Source: Candidatus Bathyarchaeia archaeon (lineage in GTDB: Archaea; Thermoproteota; Bathyarchaeia; Bathyarchaeales; Bathycorpusculaceae). From it: a stretch of 64,000 nucleotides of DNA. The notes beneath the pieces were generated by a model. The model saw only the letters and a program-made list of their open reading frames with translations. It ran no database searches and was not told the origin of the DNA. Positions 28,791-38,140 of this stretch are shown here, piece after piece. The stretch is from the NCBI GenBank assembly GCA_038883775.1, contig JAVZLM010000001.1, positions 128,001 through 192,000 on the forward strand. The letters run 5' to 3'. Within the stretch, counting starts at the first letter, position 1; each line of letters opens with the position of its first letter. The translations under genes and the position numbers were made by a program.

Positions 28791-29918
28791 TCATGGCTTT
28801 TTATGGTGAGAGTTTAGGAAATCTTTGAATCGTGATAATCCTTCTTTTAAGGTTTCGGTTCTGCATCCATAACCAATGCGTAAGTATCCTTCCATTCCAA
28901 AGCATAAGCCTGGAACAAGCAGTGTTCCCTTTTCTTTGATTAGGTTTAGGCAAAGAGTTTCTGACGGTATCTTTAAGTTATAGTGTAAGAAGGCGATGCT
29001 TCCCGCCTTCGAAGGAGTCCAGTCAATTAAGGGTTCATTTTCAATCCATTGGGAGAGAATGCGGTGGTTGGTGCGGATGATTTTTAGGTTACGTTTAAAG
29101 ATTTTATCCACGTTTTTAACAGCGAGAGTAGCGAGAGCATCATCTATTAAGCCGTTACTGATTGTTGTATAATCTCTGTGAAGTTTGCAGTCCTCAACAA
29201 TTTCTTCGCTGGCGGCTATCCATCCTAACCGCAAACCTGTAAGCGAAAAAGTCTTAGAAAAAGACCCAGTCACTATGGCTTTATCGCTTAAATCCACAGT
29301 CGAAGAAACATAATCGTCTGGGTTTATGTAAAGACCCCTGTAGGCTTCGTCGCATAGTAAATATGCATTTGCATCTTCTGCAATGGCGCAGATTTCTTTC
29401 AAAAGCTTATCGTCGATGAGGCTTCCTGTGGGGTTGTGGGGGTTTATGAGCACAATTAGTTTGGTTTTTTTGTCAACAAGTTCGGATAATTCGTTAACAT
29501 CTGGCAGCCAACGATTTTCTTCGCGTAATTTTAAGAGTTTAACGTTGGCGCCGAAGGATTTAGCCACGCTGTAGAGTTGTTGATAGGCTGGAAAAATGGA
29601 AATAACCGTGTCTCCGGGTTCAACAAGAGTGTAGAAAACAAGGAAGTTGGCGCCAATGGCTCCGCCAGAAATGAGGATGTTTTCTGGTTTCATGTTTTTG
29701 TATAGTTTTGCAATTCCTTTTCTGAGTTCGGGAGAACCGTCAACGAAACCATATGTAAGTTGTGTTTCTTTAATTTCTTCAAAAAACTTTTCTCTGCCCA
29801 TAAGGGTTAGAAACTCGCCTAAGGTGAATGGGTTAACGCATGTTTCTGCAAGATTAAGCTCCACTTCATGTTCATATGCGCCTATGAATCTTTCAACCAA
29901 GAATTTATCCACTTTCAT
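28791..29918 (-). CDS. PLP-dependent aminotransferase class I/II
   Basis: NPHNPTG, DEAY, SFSKTFSLTGLRLGW, LRIGYG. Confidence 0.92.
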   Translation of the reverse strand: MKVDKFLVERFIGAYEHEVELNLAETCVNPFTLGEFLTLMGREKFFEEIKETQLTYGFVDGSPELRKGIAKLYKNMKPENILISGGAIGANFLVFYTLVEPGDTVISIFPAYQQLYSVAKSFGANVKLLKLREENRWLPDVNELSELVDKKTKLIVLINPHNPTGSLIDDKLLKEICAIAEDANAYLLCDEAYRGLYINPDDYVSSTVDLSDKAIVTGSFSKTFSLTGLRLGWIAASEEIVEDCKLHRDYTTISNGLIDDALATLAVKNVDKIFKRNLKIIRTNHRILSQWIENEPLIDWTPSKAGSIAFLHYNLKIPSETLCLNLIKEKGTLLVPGLCFGMEGYLRIGYGCRTETLKEGLSRFKDFLNSHHKKP

Positions 29919-30035
29919 GGGTTTCAGCTCCTTTTTGGAAGCTTAAATTTTGATGTGTGAACAGTTAAGTTTTTCTTTGGAGCGATTGACAGAAAGCATA
30001 TGAATGTGTTTTAATCAAATTTGTGATGAGTAAAG

Positions 30036-31391
30036 TTGTGGTCTTCTCCAAGGCGTGTGGATAGGTGTTCGCCGAATGTTTGGTTACTTGACATTTTAGA
30101 AGGCTCAAATGTTGGAGCGGAGGTGAAATTTGATGAAAACCTTTTGGTTACTAAGGCTTCGTCAAGCGGTTTATGTGTTGCCTGTAAGGGTTCCCGTTTT
30201 TTGTGCGGCAAAACCCGCTGTCCAATAATTGTGAAGGCTAACTACTTTCTGAAAAGCGTTCCCTTAATGCAAAGCGAAGACATTGCTGGGGCTTCTCCAC
30301 CAAGCGTTTTCGTTGGAAGAATTGGCTATCCATACGTTTATGCTGGTCCCCTTGTTCCGCCAGTTCAAGAAGACACGAGCGTTTATGATTTGCCAGAGTT
30401 TTGGTTTGGAAAATCCATAGACGAGATTGTTGGCTTTCGTTCTATGCTTATCCGTGGAAAACATAGGGTTCATGTGCAGAAGTTTGAAGAGGCTGGAAAA
30501 ATAATTGACAAAACTCGCGAATTGGCTTTGGCAGTAAAGCCCGTGGATGTTGAGCTTATCCTTAAGAAAAAACCAAGAGGCTTCATACTCTTGGACGATG
30601 AGGTTCAACCATTCGGTCCTTCCGCTCCTATCCGAGATTTGATTGTTGGCAATGCCCGTTGGGACCATCAAATAGAGAAAGCCTACAATGACACGGATTT
30701 GAGGGCTGCTGAAGCAGTTTTAGAGCTTTACAGCAAAGGCGTATTAGTTACTAAAATTCAAAGGGCTTTCAGTGTCGGCTCCTTTGGTTTGGAGAAGAAT
30801 AGGCGTTTTGTGCCAACCCGCTGGAGCATAACAGCCGTTGACAGCATAATCTCAAAAGAGCTTATGGAGAAAGTCAAAACTTTTCCCGAAATTAGCGAAT
30901 ACCGCGTTTACGAATCAGTTTATTTGGACAACATTTTTGAAGTTTTAATGCTTCCAAATGCATGGAGTTATGAAGCCATAGAAGCATGGTATCCTGGCAC
31001 AGTTTGGAATCCAAACGGCAGAAACGTTGTCATGTTTTCTGATTGGGAAGGCTATGAGGGAAGAACCACTTATGCAGAAATTGGCGGATGTTATTACGCT
31101 GCACGCCTAGCAGTTTGCGAACAACTCGTAAAAGAGCAACGCCAAGCCACAGTCATAGTCTTGCGCGAGGCGCATCCGGGCTACATAATGCCAGTCGGCG
31201 TATGGCAAGTCCGTGAAAACGTGAGGAATGCTATGCGCCAAAAACCATACATTTTCAAAACTTTGGATGACGCCCTACGCTTTATTGCAGGAAAATTCCA
31301 AATCCCAATACAACGGTGGATAATGAGGAGCGAACTGTTAAAGAATGCGCTCTTTCAAAGGAAGATAACGGATTTTATTTCTAAAATGTGA
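30036..31391 (+). CDS. nreA: DNA repair protein NreA (start uncertain)
   Basis: CVACKG...CGK..CP, SPPSVFVGR.GYP, VPTRWSITAVD, PVGVWQVRENVR, C-terminal PIP box QRKITDF. Confidence 0.92.
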   Translation: MWSSPRRVDRCSPNVWLLDILEGSNVGAEVKFDENLLVTKASSSGLCVACKGSRFLCGKTRCPIIVKANYFLKSVPLMQSEDIAGASPPSVFVGRIGYPYVYAGPLVPPVQEDTSVYDLPEFWFGKSIDEIVGFRSMLIRGKHRVHVQKFEEAGKIIDKTRELALAVKPVDVELILKKKPRGFILLDDEVQPFGPSAPIRDLIVGNARWDHQIEKAYNDTDLRAAEAVLELYSKGVLVTKIQRAFSVGSFGLEKNRRFVPTRWSITAVDSIISKELMEKVKTFPEISEYRVYESVYLDNIFEVLMLPNAWSYEAIEAWYPGTVWNPNGRNVVMFSDWEGYEGRTTYAEIGGCYYAARLAVCEQLVKEQRQATVIVLREAHPGYIMPVGVWQVRENVRNAMRQKPYIFKTLDDALRFIAGKFQIPIQRWIMRSELLKNALFQRKITDFISKM

Positions 31392-31445
31392 TGTTTGAAA
31401 TTTAAGTAATGGATAAAAACGTGAATAGCGAAACAGTTATGGGCG

Positions 31446-32081
31446 ATGCTCACGAAGGGATCTAAAATTAAAGGTTTCTTTAAATTGCTTCGAGGCATAC
31501 TTACTGGCTTATACAATGCTCTTTTTGGTTTCGTGCTTCACTCTTTTAAGAGTCTAAACCTTAAGGTTAGGTCAAAGTTTCCCGTTTGGCGTATGGAAGA
31601 AGAAACTTTGGAGCATGTTCGCTCTGTGGTTGAGGTTTTTAAGTGGATAGTTTTGCCGGCAAGCCTCATCTATGTTTTTGCAGCTTTCTACTTTTTTAAT
31701 GAAAATGCTTTGGACTCTATGTTTTGGGGAGTACTAATTTTCTTTTACAGCAATTTCCTTCCCGATTTGCCTTTCATGTACAGAAGAAAGAAGGATGAAG
31801 AAACAGAAGATTTGCCATGGTACAAGAAGTATTTTCTTTTGTTGTTTGCGCCTTTGCTAATTTGGATTTTGTTTTCTGGAATACGCCTAAGCTGGAAAAC
31901 CCAAGAAACATTTCATGACTTTAAATCTTTAACAGTTTATGGTATCTTTCTTTTTATATTGGGGTTTTGTGCTTTTGTCAAATTTCCAATTAGTGTTGGA
32001 AACGTGTTCGAGGTCATGTCTTTGCCGCTTTACGGTATTGTCGGATATCTAACCCATTTGAAAGTGGATAAAATTTGGTAA
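31446..32081 (+). CDS. Membrane protein, possible metal-dependent hydrolase (YdjM-like)
   Basis: Several TMs with LPDL, TFH and GYLTHL..D motifs. Confidence 0.55.
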   Translation: MLTKGSKIKGFFKLLRGILTGLYNALFGFVLHSFKSLNLKVRSKFPVWRMEEETLEHVRSVVEVFKWIVLPASLIYVFAAFYFFNENALDSMFWGVLIFFYSNFLPDLPFMYRRKKDEETEDLPWYKKYFLLLFAPLLIWILFSGIRLSWKTQETFHDFKSLTVYGIFLFILGFCAFVKFPISVGNVFEVMSLPLYGIVGYLTHLKVDKIW

Positions 32082-32091
32082 AAAATGAGTT

Positions 32092-33033
32092 TTATGCTGT
32101 TATGATGGCTTGAAATATAATGTAAACAATTATTAACATTATTCCACCAAATTGTGAAACTCCACCCTTTGTAAGGTAACGCCATAAAATGAGAGTTGTT
32201 ATCAATATAAAGGGAACAATTTCAGCAAGAATTGAAAGATTAACCGACTCGGCTTGGGAAAACAACAAAACAATTCCTAAAATAAGAGTAATATTTGTCA
32301 AGTTGGAGCCAATCAAGTCTCCAAGGGCAAGATTAACTCGTCCTCTGCGAACAGCCGTTAAGTCAAGCGCAAGTTCTGGCATTGACGTTCCTATGGCGAT
32401 AATTTTTGCGCCTATAAGTATAGGTGCAACGCCGAGGATTATTGAAATGTTAGATGCCGACATTATGATAAGCTCGGCTGCTGCAATAACCACGGCGATT
32501 CCAACAGTGATTTTAAAAATGACAGCTTTTTTGCTTATCGCTTTGTTGTTTATTTCATTATTAATCAATATTTGCTGTTTTCTCTTCTTTGTCATTTCAC
32601 GAACGCTAAATATGAAAATCCCCATAAGCGCTGCGCCCACCAAAAAGTGAGCTGCTCCAAAGACGACAAGAATTAAGGGAATCAATGACGAAAGAAATAG
32701 AATGTCAACAAGCTCTGTTAAAAGCTCGGTGGAACATTTTTTAAGGAAACCCATTGTCGCTAAAATGCCCACTACAATTCCTATGTTAAACACATTAGAA
32801 CCAAGCACGTCGCCTACGGAAAATCCAGGTTTACCATGCAGAACAGATGATGCAGCAACAAAAATCTCAGGGATACTTGTCATTATAGACATTACGACAA
32901 AGCCTATGGACGCTTCACTGAGGCGTGTAAGCTCAACTAACCTTTCAATTGATTTAATTGTAAATTGGCTAGACACAGCTAATATGATCAGCGAAAGAGC
33001 TAATGCCAAAACATTTAGTATAAGATCAAACAC
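32092..33033 (-). CDS. Na+/Ca2+ exchanger (CaCA, YrbG-like)
   Basis: Alpha repeats TSIPE...GSNVFN and GTSMPE...GSNLTN. Confidence 0.92.
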   Translation of the reverse strand: MFDLILNVLALALSLIILAVSSQFTIKSIERLVELTRLSEASIGFVVMSIMTSIPEIFVAASSVLHGKPGFSVGDVLGSNVFNIGIVVGILATMGFLKKCSTELLTELVDILFLSSLIPLILVVFGAAHFLVGAALMGIFIFSVREMTKKRKQQILINNEINNKAISKKAVIFKITVGIAVVIAAAELIIMSASNISIILGVAPILIGAKIIAIGTSMPELALDLTAVRRGRVNLALGDLIGSNLTNITLILGIVLLFSQAESVNLSILAEIVPFILITTLILWRYLTKGGVSQFGGIMLIIVYIIFQAIITA

Positions 33034-33149
33034 ATCAAGACACGCGTCCGACCACATATGCATACCTTCTCGTATTTTATCTTTTATTTACACATTTGAC
33101 GAAAATTCTTTAAGTAGCATTATTAATTAGGGGATAAAGGTTTAGATAT

Positions 33150-34391
33150 ATGGATCCTGTTACGCTTGCATTGATACTCGCTGGTTCAATAATTGTGATA
33201 GGTTTTCTTGGCAATTACTTGTTTGAACGTAAGGGTTTTCCAGACATGCTCCTCCTCATAATTTTGGGCATGCTGTTTGGACCAGTTTTCGGTTGGGTGG
33301 ACGCCTCTTCTATCATGGGTTTGGCTCCATATTTGGCTGCTTTGGCATTGGTTTTCATATTGTTTGATGGCGGGATGGCTATGAATATTTATCGTGTTTT
33401 CGCCGAAAGTCCCAGAGCCTTCATTCTTGCCATAGTCGGATTTGTGTTAAGCGTCATTGCAACAACACTATTTATGGCTTACATAGTGATTCCGTCGGAT
33501 GTGCCAATTTTGTATTCTGTTCTGTTTGGAACGATTTTTGGAGGAAGCTGTAGTGTTGCAATAATTCCCTTAACTTCACGCCTTAAAATCAGTGAAAAAT
33601 GTTCAACAGTCTTAAGTCTCGAATCTGCACTTACGGATATTTTTTGTATAGTTTTTTCATTGGTAATCATAGAAATAATATTAAAAGGTGCCGTGGACTT
33701 AACAACAATCGGACAATCAATTGCAAGTCGATTCTCAACTGGGATAGTGCTTGGAATAATTTTCGGCCTAATCTGGTTAAGCGTATTAAAGCGAATTGCA
33801 AAAGCCTCTTACGTTTACATACTCACCTTGGCTGTGGTGCTTTTAGCTTATTCCCTTTCCGAATTTTTAGGTGGAAGTGGTTCCCTCTGTTCCCTCCTGT
33901 TTGGCATTATGTTGGGTAATGAAAAGGAGATTTACAAAATTCTTAGGATGGAGAGACCCCCAAACATGGTGGTAGATGTGGGATTAAAAAGGTTTGAGTC
34001 CGAAGTTGCTTTCCTTTTAAGAACCTTCTTTTTTGTCTATATAGGTTTAATTGTGTCAATTACTGATGTTGCAATTGTGATAACTGGAATAATTCTTTCA
34101 CTTATACTTCTTTTGGTTAGATTTGGCGCTGTGGCATTAACAACTGTCCGCAGCGATGACCTCGCAAAGGAACGGTTGATTATGAGCGTAATGCTGACAA
34201 GGGGCTTAGCGGCGGCTGTTTTGGCAACATTACCACTACAATATGCTGATCCATTAAAATATCCAGAAGCAAGTTCCATTTTTGAGGTTTTGTCGCCCAT
34301 CTACATCAATCTTGCGGTTATAGTAATTTTGGCTACCGCAATAATAGCTACTGTGGGCATTCCATTACTTAAACGAAGGGCAGAATCATAG
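33150..34391 (+). CDS. Cation:proton antiporter (CPA1/NhaP-like)
   Basis: ILFDGG, LESALTD, FFFVYIG, RGLAAAVLA. Confidence 0.92.
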   Translation: MDPVTLALILAGSIIVIGFLGNYLFERKGFPDMLLLIILGMLFGPVFGWVDASSIMGLAPYLAALALVFILFDGGMAMNIYRVFAESPRAFILAIVGFVLSVIATTLFMAYIVIPSDVPILYSVLFGTIFGGSCSVAIIPLTSRLKISEKCSTVLSLESALTDIFCIVFSLVIIEIILKGAVDLTTIGQSIASRFSTGIVLGIIFGLIWLSVLKRIAKASYVYILTLAVVLLAYSLSEFLGGSGSLCSLLFGIMLGNEKEIYKILRMERPPNMVVDVGLKRFESEVAFLLRTFFFVYIGLIVSITDVAIVITGIILSLILLLVRFGAVALTTVRSDDLAKERLIMSVMLTRGLAAAVLATLPLQYADPLKYPEASSIFEVLSPIYINLAVIVILATAIIATVGIPLLKRRAES

Positions 34392-34453
34392 TTGCATGTT
34401 ATTCGTAAAACATTTAAACCAAACATATCCTTAACATTGTAAATCGGTGAACC

Positions 34454-36079
34454 TTGTCTCAAAAAATTCAAAAGCTAATTCTTCCTTTTTCGGTTCCGTC
34501 GGAAAATCGTACAGAACCCTTCTCAAGCGAGATGGAAAAGGGCGCCATTTACTGTTTGGCCGAGTTAGAGCGCGAAAGAGGTGGCGGTTTAATATTAAAA
34601 AAGCCTGAGGAGAAACTGGTTTTTCTGGCTAAGTTCGGTTATCCATTATGGGTTTTGCAGTGGGACTATTTAAGCCTAATCTTTGATGGGTTAAAAACAA
34701 AGGTGCATAATCTGACTTACAAAATTGTTCCCGACGTGAAAAATTTCATGGAGAATGTGCAGAGGAGCTCAAAAAGCATAGAGACTTACATAACTTTTCT
34801 GTCTGACAACATTAACTATTTTCAAATTTCAGCAAGCGAAAAAACGATGACGATTGATGCGCTTATTACAGAACCAAACTTCCTTAACGAGTTTAGCTTA
34901 TACCTTTCAGAGATTACCGCGGTTGAGGCTTCGTCTTTTGATATGGTGTTTTTGCCACCAGTCATCGATGAAATCGCAATTTTATCTGCTGTTCAAGAGC
35001 TTGGAAACCTAAAATCACAATTTGAAGAGGATGTCGCACTTCTTTACAATAGCATGAAACTCCTAAACAAAACAACCCGCAACTTCGTTAAAACATTACG
35101 TGGCAAAATAAGAGCAGTCAAAGAAGAAGTCAACAGCGAAATTGAAAAGCAAAAAGAGGCTATAATGCCAAAGGTTGAACGCATAAACGAAGAATATGAT
35201 GAGCTAATAACTCAGCTAACAAGAAATTTTGAGAAGCAACTCCTTTCCCTACAAAAGGAGAAGGTAAAATATGAAAAACTTAGAGAGCAAACTCTCACAA
35301 AAATTGAACGATGCAAAATGGAAGCAAAAACATGCGCCGCTAATAAGGATAGTGTTGGCGAAAGGAAATGGAAAGAGAAAGAGGCGGAAGGCAGAAAAGA
35401 GTTTTCTGAAATTGAAGTTAAGATAGAGGAACTTGAAGGGAAGATAAAGGAAATAGAAGATAACAAGTCTGCTGAAACTTTTAGATTAAGGTCTGAATGG
35501 GAAGCCAAAATTAAAGAAGCCCAGAAGGAGTTGCTGGAGCTTGAAGCCTCGAGGGATGCTAAAATCCAACTTCATATACAAGAAATGGAAAAGCTGGAAA
35601 AACAGACTTCTGCCATAATTGAGCAAATTAATAAAATGGCTAAAATGAGGGAAATGGAAATTTCCAATTTTGAAACTTTGGGAATCAGACAAACACGGGT
35701 GAAAAGCGCTTTAATCTACATACCTTTCTACGTGGCTTGTTACCAGTCTGAATCAAAAAAGCGTTATGTTTTATTTCCACCGTCAATAGTGAACAGTGTA
35801 AGTTTTTTAGCGAAGATTAAAGGAGCCTTAGGCAAGACAAAAGTTAAACAGCTCCTCGTTCCAAGGTTCAAAACTATAACACTCTTCCTCCAACAACTTC
35901 CCACAATAATCGCGCGTGATGCGGTTTTTGAGAGAGAAATAAGTGAAAGTGGCGAAAAAGCTGACATTTTAAAAACTAATGTGATACGTGAAAAAATCAA
36001 AAGCGGGCTTGAAAAGCTCAAGACAGAAGGATGGTTTTCAGAAAAGGAGCATGAGGCTATTAAACAAGGATTGACTTAA
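34454..36079 (+). CDS. Hypothetical protein with long central coiled coil
   Basis: 541-aa ORF; E/K-rich heptads over roughly aa 180-405, flanked by globular regions. Confidence 0.8.
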   Translation: MSQKIQKLILPFSVPSENRTEPFSSEMEKGAIYCLAELERERGGGLILKKPEEKLVFLAKFGYPLWVLQWDYLSLIFDGLKTKVHNLTYKIVPDVKNFMENVQRSSKSIETYITFLSDNINYFQISASEKTMTIDALITEPNFLNEFSLYLSEITAVEASSFDMVFLPPVIDEIAILSAVQELGNLKSQFEEDVALLYNSMKLLNKTTRNFVKTLRGKIRAVKEEVNSEIEKQKEAIMPKVERINEEYDELITQLTRNFEKQLLSLQKEKVKYEKLREQTLTKIERCKMEAKTCAANKDSVGERKWKEKEAEGRKEFSEIEVKIEELEGKIKEIEDNKSAETFRLRSEWEAKIKEAQKELLELEASRDAKIQLHIQEMEKLEKQTSAIIEQINKMAKMREMEISNFETLGIRQTRVKSALIYIPFYVACYQSESKKRYVLFPPSIVNSVSFLAKIKGALGKTKVKQLLVPRFKTITLFLQQLPTIIARDAVFEREISESGEKADILKTNVIREKIKSGLEKLKTEGWFSEKEHEAIKQGLT

Positions 36080-36113
36080 CAAACATTTTCGAGAAATTAA
36101 ATGAAGTTTAATC

Positions 36114-37900
36114 TTAAGAAGAAAGTTTTTTCTCCACCAATGCCAACGCTAGTTCAGCATAATCGATTGAATTATGAATTGCGTCGCAAACTCGGTTTTT
36201 TTCTCTTATAAATTTCGTCTCCCAAAGCTTAAAATCTTCGTCTCTTTCATCCAACTCGGTGATTTTTTTGATTGAAACATAAAGTCTTGGAATGGGTTTC
36301 TGGGCGATTATATAGCCGTAGGGGTCCTGGCCATATCTCCCGGCTTCAGACCATAACACATGAGAGAGCTCGTAGCTCATCTTCATTAAGGATTTATTAA
36401 GCAAGTGGGTAATTTCCTCTATTTTTTCTTTATCTTCAAATTCCTCGTAGCATTTTTCTATTTTCTGTCGATATTCGTTCATTTTTTCTGCTACTTTTTT
36501 TAACTTTTCAGTTTTTTTAATTAAATCGCTAAAGTTTAATCTTCGTTCAAGCTTATTTAGTTCCTTTAAGTCTTGCATGAGCTTGTCAGCTACTAAAACA
36601 AAGTTGTACGGAATCACGAGCGCATTACATAACCTGAGTATAAGTAAAGTGTAAAAAAGTAAATGTTTCGAAAATAGCTCTTTATCTATTTTGTCTAGGG
36701 TGTCTGCTTCGCTATGTATCCAAGGGCTTAAAGAAGCCCAATTTAGCTCTTTCAGTTTTTCCGAGGTGTAACCAGTATAAAACGATAGGTACGGAATGCC
36801 TATTCCGAAGAAGGATTCGTCCCCTCCTTTATATGCGTCATGCCATTCGCCTTCTCCCCAGAACTCTTTTACAGTATTCTCAAGAAAATCTTTGATTATC
36901 GTTACGCCATGCATTATCGGAATACTGGTTTCTGCTATTCCGGGATTGTCGATGTTTACATAAGCTATGCAGTTGCCTCTAAGTTCATCCCAGCTGGTAT
37001 CAACAAACCATGTGGATCCCGCAGCTTCAGCTACTTCGTGGCCATCCCAAAATGCGAAGATGATGCTTCTCCTTAACTTATTTCTGTGTTTTGCAAGGAC
37101 TCTTGCTAACTCTAAGGTTAGTGAGTTACCAGAGGAGTTACAAATTGCTGTTTTTCCCCATGCTTCAAGATGCCCGCCAACTAAAACAAATTCTTCGAGG
37201 CCTTCTCTTCCTCTAAGTATTCCAATGGGCTGATAGGCTTTAACCCATTCACGTGTCGCTTCCGCCCGAAGCCACACTCTGACGTTCCCCTTTTGGGAAA
37301 GTCTTTTCAGGTATTCTCCAGCAGTTCTCGTTATGCTTATCACCGTTATTTGAGGAATCTTTTTGAATGTTTCTGGAGTGGGGTTGCCCCACACCGACTT
37401 AATAGCGCCCAATTGAATGACGGGATTATCAGCTCTTCCCCAATTCATTATGATCATAGCCTTCGCTCTTTTTTCACACGCTATTCTCGCTTTTTCAGGT
37501 CGCGGAGGCGCCCAGGTCATATCTACAAGCACAATCTTGTCTCTAACATCTTTTTCAATATAGTTTTCATATCCACCTGCCCAACATAGACGAGTTCACC
37601 TTCAATTCCCTCAGGCAGTGTTGAAACAATGTGACAAAATGGTTTTGCGTGTATAACCCTGGTTTCGGGGTGTAGAACTCTGAGTTCTGCATTAATGGGG
37701 TAGCTATGATAAATGTAGAAATTGTCTATTCTTGCTTCTAATTCGTAGGATTCCAGTTCTTTTCTGATGTATTCTGCCGCCTGCCTCATTTTTTCTGTCC
37801 CTGCAGGCCTTTCTCCAATCTCATTAACTAGAAACTCCATATGTTTAAACGCTTCTTCCAGTGACAACTCCTTTAGAATTTCCTTTTCAACGAGTTTCAG
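36114..37900 (-). pseudogene. M28 family peptidase with PA domain, frameshifted near 37581
   Basis: ERPAGT, EGELVYVG|AGGYENY..DVRDKIVL restored by adding 1 nt in the GGG run; GGHLEAW, DGHE, NIDNPG, HSEADTLDKID; probable CTG start at 37900 after GGAGG. Confidence 0.82.
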
Positions 37901-38140
37901 TTTAACTCCTCCGTTTAAATCTAATGTTTTTACCACAATATTTAATGTTCTCTTTTATTTTTAAACTGTAAAAAGCTTCCCTTGTCTTTAATAAGTCAAT
38001 AACAATTACTGTGAAGCTTCTTTTCTTCAGCTTTCATTGTGTTAGTTCGCGACGTTGCTGCCTCTGCAATTATTGTTTAAACCTCAAATAAAGTAAGAAT
38101 TAAATATTACAAACCAGCATTACCCTTAAGAGGGAAAAAT

